The notes under the pieces: model-generated
Database searches by the model: none
What the model saw: the letters and a program-made list of their open reading frames with translations, nothing else
Told to the model about the DNA's origin: nothing
Translations under genes and position numbers: made by a program
Part shown: positions 38,259 through 50,358 of the stretch, one piece after another
How the letters are laid out: each line of letters opens with the position of its first letter
Numbering within the stretch: the stretch's first letter is position 1
NCBI GenBank assembly: GCA_965216755.1
Contig: CBDCGL010000011.1
Span: 3,840,001 to 3,904,000, forward strand
Length of the DNA stretch: 64,000 bases
Direction of reading: 5' to 3'
Source of the DNA: Alphaproteobacteria bacterium
GTDB taxonomy: Bacteria; Pseudomonadota; Alphaproteobacteria; UBA7887

Positions 38259-39095
38259 ATGACTAGGCTCAAAACAACTTTGATGGCGACGGTGTGGAGC
38301 GCGAGCGTGGTTTTCGCCGCGGCCCAGGCTCAAGCCCAAGATGTGAATTATCTTGATGAGAATGCCACCCATTGTGAAATTTTCTCGTCGATCAGCATGG
38401 TGATCCCGGGCGACTGTGCCCTCGGTCTCGATGCGCCGGCGGCCAACCCGGCTACCGGTTTGGCGCCGCGCACCCGTGGCATCGTGCGCTACGATACGCC
38501 CGGTGGTACCCCGACGCCGGTGGTCCAGGCGACCGTGCCGTCGGCCCCGGCCCCGGCGCCCGTGGCGGCGGTCGAAACGCCGGAGTGGGATGACGTGCAG
38601 ATCGAGGACGCGGTCGCGGTCGCCGCACCGGCGCCGGTGGTGGCGGTCGAAGTGACCCCGGTTGCCGAAGAGGCGATCGTCGCCGACGCCACGCCCGTGC
38701 CGGCTGCCGTCGTCCAACAGGACAAGGACCCAGAGGAATTGGGTGTCGCGCTGCGCGTCGAGTTCGAGTACGACTCGTACCGATTGACCGGTGAAGCTCT
38801 TCAGGTCCTGGATCGTGTCGCCGCGGTGCTCAACGATCCCTTGCTGCGCGACAGCATGTTCCTGATCGAGGGACACACCGATGCCGCCGGCCCCGACGCT
38901 TACAACGTGACCTTGTCAGAGCGGCGTGCACAGAGCGTGCGTCAGTATCTGGCCCAGGCTCACGGCGTTGACTTCTCGCGCTTGGCCTACATGGGCAAAG
39001 GCGAGAGCGAGCTTTACAATCCCACGGATCCGTATGCCGCGATCAACCGTCGTGTCGAGATCCGCAACATCAGTGTGAACACGCCCACCGGCTAA
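38259..39095 (+). CDS. OmpA-family peptidoglycan-binding protein with Pro/Ala/Val linker
   Basis: Signal peptide; IEGHTDAAG..YNVTLSERRAQSV..NRRVEI. Confidence 0.9.
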   Translation: MTRLKTTLMATVWSASVVFAAAQAQAQDVNYLDENATHCEIFSSISMVIPGDCALGLDAPAANPATGLAPRTRGIVRYDTPGGTPTPVVQATVPSAPAPAPVAAVETPEWDDVQIEDAVAVAAPAPVVAVEVTPVAEEAIVADATPVPAAVVQQDKDPEELGVALRVEFEYDSYRLTGEALQVLDRVAAVLNDPLLRDSMFLIEGHTDAAGPDAYNVTLSERRAQSVRQYLAQAHGVDFSRLAYMGKGESELYNPTDPYAAINRRVEIRNISVNTPTG

Positions 39096-39125
39096 TTGCC
39101 GCTACCACTCACACCACCAGCGACC

Positions 39126-39158
39126 ACGCCCTTCGCGCTTGCCGCGGAGGGCGTTTTT
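39126..39158 (+). terminator. Rho-independent terminator after the OmpA-family gene
   Basis: ACGCCCTTCGCG..CGCGGAGGGCGT stem followed by TTTT. Confidence 0.75.
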
Positions 39159-39255
39159 GCCTGCGCGGTCCGCGCCGCTCCCTTGTTGGCATTCCGCAGG
39201 CCAGGTCACACGGGCGGTTGGGCGCAAAACGCATTGTCGGTGATTGTGTTCACTT

Positions 39256-39278
39256 GTGGCCGGATCAAGCCCGGCCAC
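39256..39278. repeat. REP-like palindrome
   Basis: GTGGCCGG-ATCAAGC-CCGGCCAC hairpin. Confidence 0.55.
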
Positions 39279-39368
39279 GACCACTTCTCTTTAGGAACGA
39301 GCTCTTTTGGGGATGAGTGCGTTCAACGCGCGCACCGCAGGTCAGCTTCAGACCGCAACACTGCTCTA

Positions 39369-40202
39369 GGGCTTGTTGAGATTCATCGAGAATTGATGAC
39401 CGCGGCGCATGCGTGAATCATGGAACAAAAGTTACGATCTGTCTTTTCGCAACGCATGGCGACCGCTTTGAATTCCTTGAGCTTCGCAAAGAAGTTTTCG
39501 ATCAGGTGGCGCCACTTGTAGATCTCCAGATCAATCTTGAGAGGGGCCAACCTCTGGGGGCGTTGCGAAATGACGATCTGCGCCCCGCGTTCATTCATCT
39601 CTTCGATGATCCAGTTGGAATCGAATGCTTTATCGGCCAGCACTGCGTCGAATTCGATGTCTTCGATTAGCGGCGCAACACCGACCGTATCGTAACGGTT
39701 TCCCGCCAGCAGGACAAAGCGTACGAGATTTCCCAAGCCATCCGTCAGCGCAAGGATTTTGGTGGTCCAGCCTCCCTTCGACTTGCCGATGGCTTGATTT
39801 TGAGTCCCCCTTTTGCGCCGTGTCCGTGGCGGTGGACCGGAACAATGGTGGCGTCGATCATGGCATATTCCATATCAGGGTCATCCGAGACCGCGGCAAA
39901 GAGGCGTTCGAAAACGCCCGCCTTCGACCAATCGTCAAACCGCTTGAATACCGTGTTCCACTTGCCGAATTCTTCAGGAAGATCGCGCCAAGGACTGCCC
40001 GTCCGCGCCTTCCACAAAACCCCTTCGACAAACAACCGGTTGTTATCACCACTGCGGCCCGGATCAGTCCGCTTGCCTAAGCAATGCGGCTCCATCTTGG
40101 CCCATTGATCGTCTGAAAGTACTGTACGCGTCATCAAAGCCCCCAAAAGGAAGCTTGAATCACAAATACAACACCATGGGAATCCTAATTCTCAACAAGC
40201 CC
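39369..40202 (-). mobile_element. IS5-family (IS427-like) insertion sequence, 834 bp
   Basis: Terminal IRs GGGCTTGTTGAGA / TCTCAACAAGCCC, TA duplication in a CTAG target, two-frame transposase. Confidence 0.93.
39383..40134 (-). CDS. IS5-family transposase (orfA 39745..40134 plus orfB, programmed frameshift)
   Basis: WRDLPEEFGKWNTVFKRF, IDATIV, ADKAFDS, YKWRHLIENFFAKLK; slippery AAAAGGGGG at 39806-39814. Confidence 0.9.
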
Positions 40203-40684
40203 TAGTTCAGCTGTTTGCCGAGACCCTTGATGGCATCGTTAATCAACCTGGCGCCACGTTTTTCGTCGACGGTGTTCTCGATCGCATGTGCCGTCGCCGA
40301 CATGGCGATGTCTACGGTTAAGGACTGAATTTCATCCAGCGCGCGTGCTTCGGCTTGGCCAATCTTGTCTTTGGCCAGCTGCTCCCGGCGCGCGAGTTGG
40401 TCGGCGATATGGGTCTTGGCTTCCTCTGATATGCGTGCTGCTTCCTCGCGCGCATGGGTGATGATCGCCTCTGCCTCGGCGGCCGCCTCGCGTTGTTTAC
40501 GCTGATACTGCGCAAGCAGGTTCTGCGCTTCCTCGCGCAAGCGCACCGCTTCCTCGAGTTCTTGGCGAATGCGTTCGCTGCGGGCATCCAATTGGCCAGT
40601 CAGCGCCCGATAGATCTTGGCACCGAAGAAAACGAAAAACAGGACAAACGCGACCGCGACCCAGAATTCCGGACTGCTCAGCAT
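40202..40684 (-). CDS. atpF: F0F1 ATP synthase subunit b
   Basis: EFWVAVAF TM then LDARSERIRQELEEA coiled coil; operon position. Confidence 0.93.
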   Translation of the reverse strand: MLSSPEFWVAVAFVLFFVFFGAKIYRALTGQLDARSERIRQELEEAVRLREEAQNLLAQYQRKQREAAAEAEAIITHAREEAARISEEAKTHIADQLARREQLAKDKIGQAEARALDEIQSLTVDIAMSATAHAIENTVDEKRGARLINDAIKGLGKQLN

Positions 40685-40727
40685 GGTCACCTTTCCTTTT
40701 TTCGCGCCGCCATGGCCATCATCATGC

Positions 40728-41210
40728 TTACTCTTGAACCTTGGCCAGGGCGGCCTTTACTGTCGCGGCGGTTGGTTTCGCGCCAATCAGTTTCTTGGTG
40801 GCGTCCGTTACCAATTCAGCCGCGACGCCACGGATTTCAGCCATGGCCTTGGTTTTCGCGTCGGCGATACGGCCCTCCGCGTCCGCGACCATCACATTGA
40901 GGCGCGCGGTCAGTTCGTCGTTGCGTTGGGTCGACAGGGCCGCCACCTCTTGTGTTGCGCCCACGGTCACGTCATGCGCTTCGGCGCGCGCCCGGGCGAG
41001 CGACGCCTCGTAGGCGGCCAGCACTGATTCAGCTTCTGCTTTTAGGGCCTCGGCACGCTGCAAATCGTTTTCCAAGCGTTGGCGTCGCGCCTGCATAACC
41101 TCTTGGATGCGCGGCAACGCGGTGCGCGCCATCAGCACATAAAGCACCACGAAACATACGACCAACCAAAAGATTTGCGGCAGAAATGTCGCGCTATCGA
41201 GTTGCGGCAC
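40728..41210 (-). CDS. atpF2: F0F1 ATP synthase subunit b'
   Basis: MPQLD..QIFWL..ALPRI. Confidence 0.93.
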   Translation of the reverse strand: MPQLDSATFLPQIFWLVVCFVVLYVLMARTALPRIQEVMQARRQRLENDLQRAEALKAEAESVLAAYEASLARARAEAHDVTVGATQEVAALSTQRNDELTARLNVMVADAEGRIADAKTKAMAEIRGVAAELVTDATKKLIGAKPTAATVKAALAKVQE

Positions 41211-41274
41211 GCGCGCCTCCTACAAGTCGAACCTTAGCCCAACGACCAAGGCGTTCAAAAACGCCGACGGCCAA

Positions 41275-41499
41275 TCAGGTGAACAGAATGAGGAATGCGA
41301 TCAGCAGCGCGAACAACGCGATCGCTTCGGTCAGCGCGAAGCCCAGCAACACATTGCCAAACACGCGTGACTGTGCGGCCGGGTTACGGGCGACGGCGGA
41401 TACGAAGCTGCCGAAGATTGTGCCGATACCCACCCCCACGCCAGCAAGCGCTATGGTGGCGAGGCCCGCGCCGATCATTTTGGCGGCGTCAAGTTCCAT
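41275..41499 (-). CDS. atpE: F0F1 ATP synthase subunit c
   Basis: GAGLA..GVGIG..ARNP..FALTEA. Confidence 0.97.
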   Translation of the reverse strand: MELDAAKMIGAGLATIALAGVGVGIGTIFGSFVSAVARNPAAQSRVFGNVLLGFALTEAIALFALLIAFLILFT

Positions 41500-41545
41500 G
41501 GCAAGGGATCCTTTCTGGTCTCACTTTCGGTTTCGATGATCTGAA

Positions 41546-42382
41546 CTAGTGATGCAAATGGATGGCGTCGTTTAGATAGAGGCAGCTCAACACCGCGAAC
41601 ACATAGGCCTGCAAGAACGCGATACCCATTTCCAAGCCGGTCAAGGCGACGATCAGCAAGAGTGGCGCGATGCCCCCGACCAGCCCCAGCGCGATGACGA
41701 AGCCGCCGAACACCTTGAGCATTGTGTGGCCGGCCATCATGTTGGCGAAAAGCCTCAGGCTGAGGCTGACCGGGCGGACGAAATAGGACATCACCTCGAT
41801 CGGCACCAAAATCGCCAACAGCGGTATGGGCACGCCTTCGGGTACGAAAAACGACAGGAATTTCCCGCCGTGTCGGGCGAAGCCGATTAGCGTGACACCG
41901 ACGAATACCACTGCCGCCATCGTGAAGGTCACGATGATATGGCTGGTATAAGTGAAGCTGTAGGGAATCATGCCAAGCATGTTGCCCATCAAAATGAACA
42001 CGAATAGTGTAAAGATGAACGGGAAATAGCGGCGGCCCTCGCTGCCCACATTATCGCGAATCATGTTGGCGATAAATTCGTAGGACAGCTCGGCGATCGA
42101 TTGCCAACGCCCCGGTACCAGGGCGCGGCTACGCACACTGAAGGTAAACAGCAGCGTGGCGACAACAATGCCGATCACCATCCACAACGCGGAATTGGTG
42201 AAAGACAAATTTAGATCGCCGAAATGAAGGCTGATCAATTCCTTGATTTCGAACTGCTCCAGCGGGCCGTGCGCTTCACCGCCGTGACCATCCGCCACAC
42301 CGTGGCCGTCGGCGGGCGCGTGGTCACCGTCAGTCGCTGCAGCGCCTGACTCCGGATGCTCGTTTTGCTGTTCGTCTGCCAC
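41546..42382 (-). CDS. atpB: F0F1 ATP synthase subunit a
   Basis: PLEQF, SFTNSAL, RPVSLSLRLFANMMAGH, LQAYVF. Confidence 0.97.
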   Translation of the reverse strand: MADEQQNEHPESGAAATDGDHAPADGHGVADGHGGEAHGPLEQFEIKELISLHFGDLNLSFTNSALWMVIGIVVATLLFTFSVRSRALVPGRWQSIAELSYEFIANMIRDNVGSEGRRYFPFIFTLFVFILMGNMLGMIPYSFTYTSHIIVTFTMAAVVFVGVTLIGFARHGGKFLSFFVPEGVPIPLLAILVPIEVMSYFVRPVSLSLRLFANMMAGHTMLKVFGGFVIALGLVGGIAPLLLIVALTGLEMGIAFLQAYVFAVLSCLYLNDAIHLHH

Positions 42383-42409
42383 GCGCTGTTGCTTCCTTCG
42401 TCCGACGCA

Positions 42410-42808
42410 TTATCTGCGGTCTGAGTCTTCGTCTTGCGTGCCCGACTGGCTTTCCGCCGGTTGACCGAATCCCGCCCGCATGATCGCCCGATACGTATTA
42501 AGGGCGCCCGCGCCGGCGCCCAAAAAGAAAAACACAATGAACATGAACGGTTTTGTCCCCAACCAATGGTCGAGCACATAACCGAAACCCAGCCCGACAG
42601 CGACTCCCGCGACCATTTCGACACCGACTCGCAATGCCATGCTCAAAGGCGTTGCGCTCCGGCCGACCGCCGGCCCCCGCGATGGGGGCGGTGCCGTCGC
42701 GGTGCGCAAACGTTTCAGCCGTTCGCCGAGTGTGGCAAGCTTATCCGACTCGGAATTCCTTGGATCCGAAGGGTCTGGACTGTCTGGCCGAGGTCGGCTA
42801 TCCGGCAT
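42410..42808 (-). CDS. atpI: AtpZ/AtpI family protein
   Basis: EMVAGVAVG..GYVLDHWLGTKP..LGAGAG; first gene of the atp operon. Confidence 0.88.
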   Translation of the reverse strand: MPDSRPRPDSPDPSDPRNSESDKLATLGERLKRLRTATAPPPSRGPAVGRSATPLSMALRVGVEMVAGVAVGLGFGYVLDHWLGTKPFMFIVFFFLGAGAGALNTYRAIMRAGFGQPAESQSGTQDEDSDRR

Positions 42809-42951
42809 GAAGGCCGCGCACCATTGGGCCACGATGGGTACCATCGAAAGGCGGCCGCACGATACGCATTGCAGGAAACCCTGTCAAGACCGCGGCTTAA
42901 CAATTAAATATATGTTATGTAAGGGTTTTTCGAAATTCGTGCGGACCGGTT

Positions 42952-45900
42952 CTATTCCGCAGCTTGCAAATGCTCGGCATCGCCCAAATCAACCGAAACC
43001 AATTTGGAGATGCCGCGCTCGCTCATGGTCACCCCGAACAGGCGATCAACCCGGGCCATGGTCAGCCGATGATGTGTGATCACCAAAAAACGGGTCTGGG
43101 CGCTGTGGGCGATTTCGGTCAAAAGGTCGCAAAACCGATCGACGTTTGAATCGTCAAGCGGTGCGTCAACCTCGTCCAACACGCAGATCGGGGCCGGCTT
43201 GGTTAGAAATACGGCAAACAACAAAGACAGGGCCGCCAAGGCTTTTTCACCGCCCGATAGCAGCGACAGGTTCTGCAGTCGCTTGCCGGGTGGGCTGGCA
43301 AGGATTTCCAATCCGGCCTGCAAAGGATCCTCGTCGCCGACCAGCGACAAGTGGGCGCGGCCGCCGCCGAACAAGCGCACGAACAGTGGCTGGAAATGGG
43401 CATTGACTTTGTCAAAGGCATCCAGCAAACGCTGACGGCCTTCACGGTTCAATGAGCCGATGGCGGCGCGCAATCGTGTAATCGCCGCGATCAGGTCGGC
43501 GCGTTCCGTTTCCAAGCCGTCGATGCGTTCGCCCAGCTCGCGGGCTTCTTCTTCGGCGCGCAAGTTCACGGCGCCCATGCCGTCACGCTCCGCCATGAGC
43601 CGACTTAGCCGCCGATCAATATCTTCGATCGATGGCAAATCCTCGGCTGCGGCAATTTCCGCAATGGCCAAGGCTTGGTCCGGCGCACAGTCGAGTCGCT
43701 CGCGGAGCCGTTGGACCTCGACATCACGCAAGCTTGTCGCCTGTTCCAGCCGACCGTCGGTGCGCGCTTTTGTTTCACGGCCGGCGGCCAAAGCTTCGTT
43801 TGCCGACCTTAGCGCGCGATCACACTCGGCCGCGTGCGCCTCGGCCCGCGCCAAAACATCGGCCGCCTTGCCGTGCAGATCTTCGACTTGTTCCATCTTG
43901 TCGAACAAGACTTGCCGTTCGGCGTCGATCTTGGTCGGCTCGGCGCTCAAGCGCGCCAGCTCAACCGCCATGTTGTCACGGCGCTCACCCAGCGCCGTAA
44001 GGCGGTTGCCGGCGCCATCGCGGCGTCGCGCCCAGTCACTGGTCTCGCGCGCGATATCGTCGAGTCGGTGCCGTCGGGTGTTGGCCTCGCCAGTAAGGCG
44101 ATCATGGTTGCGCGCCAACTCGTCCCGGGTGGCGCGGGCGGCAGCCAGGCGCGCACGCGCGGCATCACGCGGCTCGCGGACATGATCCGGGTCGGGAAGA
44201 GAGGCGAGCGCGTGCTCGGCCGCATCCAACTGTTCGACGTGCTCATGCTGGTCGGCCCGCAACTGCACCAGTGAGTCCGTCAATGTGTCGAGGCGTGATT
44301 GGTTCTTGGCGTGAGTTTCCGCCGCGGCACTGTGTCGCTCCGTGGCATGATCCAAGGCTCGCTGCGCTTCGGCATAGCGTTTGCGGGCGGCCGCTTCCGC
44401 CGCGCGTGCGCCCTCACATGCTTGTCGGGCGTCGGTCAGCGCGCCATTGCGCGCCGTCAAATCCGCTTCGGCGGTGGCCAACGCGGCGTCGCTTTCCGTC
44501 ACCATGTCTTTGAGATCAGCCAGTCGATTGCGCTGTTTGAGTCGCGCGGCGGCGGCGCTGGGCACGTCTCCCTGAACCACCAGGCCATCCCAACGCCACA
44601 GCCGACCGTCCCCGCTGACCAAGCGTTGGCCCTGGTGAAGGTCACGTTGCAGCGCGAAGCCATCGTCGGCGGCGATTACGCCAATTTGCGAAAGCCGGCG
44701 CTGCAATGATGCCGGGCCATTCACAAATTTCGTCATTGGCGTGGTGCCTGCCGGCAAGGGCGGTAGCGTTTCCGCCGCACCCAGGTCGCGCCAAAAGATC
44801 GGCATGTTACCGTCGTCGTCGGCCGCGGCGAGGTCGTCGCCGAGCGCCGTACCGAGCGCGGTCTCGTAACCGGCGGCGACGGTCAGTTGGTCCAGTATCG
44901 GCGCGACATCCGTGCCAATTTGCTCAGCTGACGCCAGCAAATCCTCTAACGCCGCGACTTCGGCGGCGAGTCGCGCGTGCCGCGCCTGGGCGTCATCGAA
45001 CTGGTCCCGCGCCAGTCGCTGCGCCGTTTCGGCGTGGTCGCGACCATGTTCGGCCGTGCTGCTGTCGGCTTGCGCCTGATCAAAGTACGCGCGCGCCGCG
45101 GCAACGGCGGCACGCGCGTCTTCCTGGTCTTGCAGCGCCTGTTGCGCCTCGTCATTTGGCGTATCGGTAAGCGCGCGCAATTGTGCACATTGCTGTTCCA
45201 ATTCGGCCAACCGCGAACGTATTGCCGCAGCGCGGCGCGACAAGTCTTCCACGCGGCGCGCACTTGCGGCGCGCTCGGCTTCCGTCTTTGAGACGATATC
45301 GGTATGACGCGCGGCCTCGTGTTCCAGCGTTTCGATATTGTGGTTGGCGGTTTGTAGTGCCGCCGCGCTATCCGCCAAGCTGGCGGCCTCGCCGTCTTGG
45401 TCCTGACGCAAGGCCCGTGCTTCACCGTCCATCCGCGCCGTTGCTTCGATCGCGTCTTCGCGCAGGCTTTCTTCGCGGGCGATGTCGCCGTCGATTTGTG
45501 CCGACTGCCGTTTGATCGAGTCAATTTCCTGCTGCACGCGTTGAATGCGATCGTCCAGCCGTTCACGGGCCAGGTTTAGATGATGCACGGCCGCGCCGGC
45601 CTCCGCCTCGGCCTGGCGCAAACCCGGCAACGCGGCCGCGGCCTCAGCCTGGGCTGCGGCGCAGCCCGCGGCCCGGCGCGTGCAGTCCGTCAACGCCTCG
45701 GTGGCCGATTCCGACTCGGCGCTGGCGATTTCGACCGCGGACTCCGTTTCTTGCCATTGATGGAACAACTTGGCCGCTTCGGCTTTGCGAATACGGTCAT
45801 TGATCGAGCGATAACGCGCGGCCTGCCGGGCCTGTTTTTTCAACCCCTGAAGTTGCGATTGCAAGGTGCCGATCAAGTCTTCCAGCCGCTGCAAATTGCC

Positions 45901-46464
45901 TTCGGCGGCATTCATGCGCAGTTCGGCTTCGTGACGGCGGGTGTGTAGGCCCGTGATGCCGGCGGCTTCTTCCAACAGATGCCGACGTTGGGTGGGCTTG
46001 GCGCCGATAATGGCGCCGATTTGGCCCTGGCTGACCAAGCTGGTCGAGCGCGCCCCCGACTGGGCGTCCGCAAACAGCAACTGGACATCGCGGGCGCGCG
46101 CGTCCTTGCCATTGATGCGGTACACGGATCCCGAGTGCCGTTCAATCCGGCGCGAGACATCGATGTCTTCCGCGGTATTGTATGGCCCGCTGGCATCAAG
46201 CTTATCGTTGCGCAAACTCAGCGCGACTTCGGCGACATTGCGTGCCGGACGAAACGCGGTGCCGCCAAATATGACATCGTCCATTTCGCCGCCACGCATT
46301 TGCTTGGCGGAGTTCTCTCCCATGACCCAGCGCAGCGCTTCGACCAAATTGGACTTGCCGCAGCCATTCGGTCCGACAACGCCGGTCAAGCCAGGCAGGA
46401 TCAGCAGCTCAGTGGGGTCGACGAAAGATTTGAACCCGGTCAGCCGGAGGCGGGTGAATTGCAC
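42952..46464 (-). CDS. smc: Chromosome segregation protein SMC
   Basis: GFKSF, GPNGCGKSN, long coiled coils, LSGGEKAL, LDEVDAPLD. Confidence 0.97.
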   Translation of the reverse strand: MQFTRLRLTGFKSFVDPTELLILPGLTGVVGPNGCGKSNLVEALRWVMGENSAKQMRGGEMDDVIFGGTAFRPARNVAEVALSLRNDKLDASGPYNTAEDIDVSRRIERHSGSVYRINGKDARARDVQLLFADAQSGARSTSLVSQGQIGAIIGAKPTQRRHLLEEAAGITGLHTRRHEAELRMNAAEGNLQRLEDLIGTLQSQLQGLKKQARQAARYRSINDRIRKAEAAKLFHQWQETESAVEIASAESESATEALTDCTRRAAGCAAAQAEAAAALPGLRQAEAEAGAAVHHLNLARERLDDRIQRVQQEIDSIKRQSAQIDGDIAREESLREDAIEATARMDGEARALRQDQDGEAASLADSAAALQTANHNIETLEHEAARHTDIVSKTEAERAASARRVEDLSRRAAAIRSRLAELEQQCAQLRALTDTPNDEAQQALQDQEDARAAVAAARAYFDQAQADSSTAEHGRDHAETAQRLARDQFDDAQARHARLAAEVAALEDLLASAEQIGTDVAPILDQLTVAAGYETALGTALGDDLAAADDDGNMPIFWRDLGAAETLPPLPAGTTPMTKFVNGPASLQRRLSQIGVIAADDGFALQRDLHQGQRLVSGDGRLWRWDGLVVQGDVPSAAAARLKQRNRLADLKDMVTESDAALATAEADLTARNGALTDARQACEGARAAEAAARKRYAEAQRALDHATERHSAAAETHAKNQSRLDTLTDSLVQLRADQHEHVEQLDAAEHALASLPDPDHVREPRDAARARLAAARATRDELARNHDRLTGEANTRRHRLDDIARETSDWARRRDGAGNRLTALGERRDNMAVELARLSAEPTKIDAERQVLFDKMEQVEDLHGKAADVLARAEAHAAECDRALRSANEALAAGRETKARTDGRLEQATSLRDVEVQRLRERLDCAPDQALAIAEIAAAEDLPSIEDIDRRLSRLMAERDGMGAVNLRAEEEARELGERIDGLETERADLIAAITRLRAAIGSLNREGRQRLLDAFDKVNAHFQPLFVRLFGGGRAHLSLVGDEDPLQAGLEILASPPGKRLQNLSLLSGGEKALAALSLLFAVFLTKPAPICVLDEVDAPLDDSNVDRFCDLLTEIAHSAQTRFLVITHHRLTMARVDRLFGVTMSERGISKLVSVDLGDAEHLQAAE

Positions 46465-46746
46465 GGATGGGTTCCCTAAACGACCCCACCAGGCGCGCGC
46501 CGAGCCCGTGCCGGCGGCTTGTCTGCGAAAGACCGCGTGGGCCTCAGATTGGTCTTGTTCGGCCCCATATCTGCTTTGTTACGCACGCCGCCCTTCCCCC
46601 GTGGATCGACCGAGGCTCATCTATATATGGATGTGAGCCCAGGTCAAACCACAAAATAAGGGCGGATCCCGCGCTTCGTACTTGACATTGCGACCAAGCC
46701 ACAGCGGCACGGGAACCACGATATGTAGTGGCCAAGGGGCGGCCCC

Positions 46747-47412
46747 CTATTGAGCCGCCGCTTCGATCCGCTCGGTTAAATCGTCTTTTGACGGAATGCC
46801 ACTGATGGTTTCGTCGTTGATGACGAAGCTCGGTGTCGACTTGATGTCATGCGCGTTCTGACCGTCGAGCCGAATTTTCAGGATCTCGTCCTGCAGGGAT
46901 TCATTGGCCATGCAGGCTTCGAAAGCCTCTTTGCTCACCCCGCCCATGTTGGCGATTTTCGCCAATTCGGCTTTCGGATCATCAGCAAAAGCCCATTTGC
47001 GCTGGCGCTTGAACATCAACTCAAGGAACGGGAAATATTTGTCACGATCGGTGCAGTGCGCCAATTGCGCCCCCCAAAGGGCCGGTGCATTGAGCGGAAA
47101 GTCACGATAGATCAAATTGGCCTCGCCGGTGTCGATGAAAGTCTCTTTCACCCACGGCATCATGTCATTGTGGAAATCGGCACAATGGGGGCAACTGAGC
47201 GATGCATATTCGATGATTGTGACCGGTGCATTGGGGTCGCCCAGCATAGGGTCCTGGTGTGCGGTGGTCCGCACGGCGACATCGGCCGTCACCTGGTCTT
47301 CCGCCGTCGCCGACCAGCCCAAGCCCGCTGTCAGCAATACGCCAATGCACAACGCCGCGAGATACCGGGTCGCGTGGTGCTTTGCCCCATTCTTGTCCAG
47401 AGCTGAGATCAT
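46747..47412 (-). CDS. DsbA-family thioredoxin-fold protein
   Basis: EYASLSCPHCA, YRDFPL, STPSF. Confidence 0.92.
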   Translation of the reverse strand: MISALDKNGAKHHATRYLAALCIGVLLTAGLGWSATAEDQVTADVAVRTTAHQDPMLGDPNAPVTIIEYASLSCPHCADFHNDMMPWVKETFIDTGEANLIYRDFPLNAPALWGAQLAHCTDRDKYFPFLELMFKRQRKWAFADDPKAELAKIANMGGVSKEAFEACMANESLQDEILKIRLDGQNAHDIKSTPSFVINDETISGIPSKDDLTERIEAAAQ

Positions 47413-47537
47413 GGCGTTTCCTTTCTGCGCGCGACCGATGCGTTGGCGCGTGATTTTGGCGAACTTTCCCTTGATAGCTAGGGAATAAGCGGCGACGGCG
47501 CAAGGGTTGTTGTTTACGGCAGAGATAAAGCGCCCTG

Positions 47538-48026
47538 TCAGTGACGGCGGTCGCCTTTCGGCCGCGCCAGAACGGCCTTGCCCAGATCGGTCAACGCGTC
47601 CTTGAGGGGGCCGTCGTCCATATCGGCCAGTGTTGCGCGCAAACGCGCGGAATCATACCGTGCGGGCGCCTCGGTCGCCGCCGGCTTGGCGGTGGGGCGA
47701 ATGATCGGGCCCTGACGCAATGCCAACTTCTTGACCGCGCGGAATCCGAAATATGTGGCAATACGGTCCAGCAAGACCGGTTCCAAATGCTGAAGCTCGA
47801 GCGCGAAACCACTATTGACGCGAATCGCCAACGTGCCGTTGCGCCGCAGGCGTTCGGGGCAGCTTTGGCGGGCAAGCAAAGGGCCGACGATCTGTGGCCA
47901 GTCGGTCAGGATCGCCGCCTCGTAGAACCCCCGCGAATCGAATGCGGATTGGGCGATATCGCTGACCATTGCGCCTAGCGGTTTGATCTTACCGCGCTTG
48001 GACCGTCCTATCGCCATGGGCCGCAT
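47538..48026 (-). CDS. DUF721 (DciA-like) protein
   Basis: WPQIVG..ALELQH..RIATYFG..LRQ; conserved position between dsbA-like and mutY; start 48026 or 48017. Confidence 0.85.
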   Translation of the reverse strand: MRPMAIGRSKRGKIKPLGAMVSDIAQSAFDSRGFYEAAILTDWPQIVGPLLARQSCPERLRRNGTLAIRVNSGFALELQHLEPVLLDRIATYFGFRAVKKLALRQGPIIRPTAKPAATEAPARYDSARLRATLADMDDGPLKDALTDLGKAVLARPKGDRRH

Positions 48027-48118
48027 ATCACCAATATATTCTGCTTGCGCGTCGAACTGATTGTCGCGCGCAGCTGATACTGCCAGAGTGGCGCACCGCG
48101 CGCGAACGGTAACATGCC

Positions 48119-50358
<2,240 letters not shown>

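Noticed and set aside
39745-39845. Transposase frameshift as a pseudogene lesion
   Set aside because: AAAAGGGGG at the orfA/orfB junction is the usual programmed frameshift of this IS5 subgroup
46747-47412. DsbA-like gene as a dedicated oxidase for the Cys-pair fibre proteins
   Set aside because: It lies in the conserved smc-dsbA-DUF721-mutY housekeeping block and lacks the ECF motif
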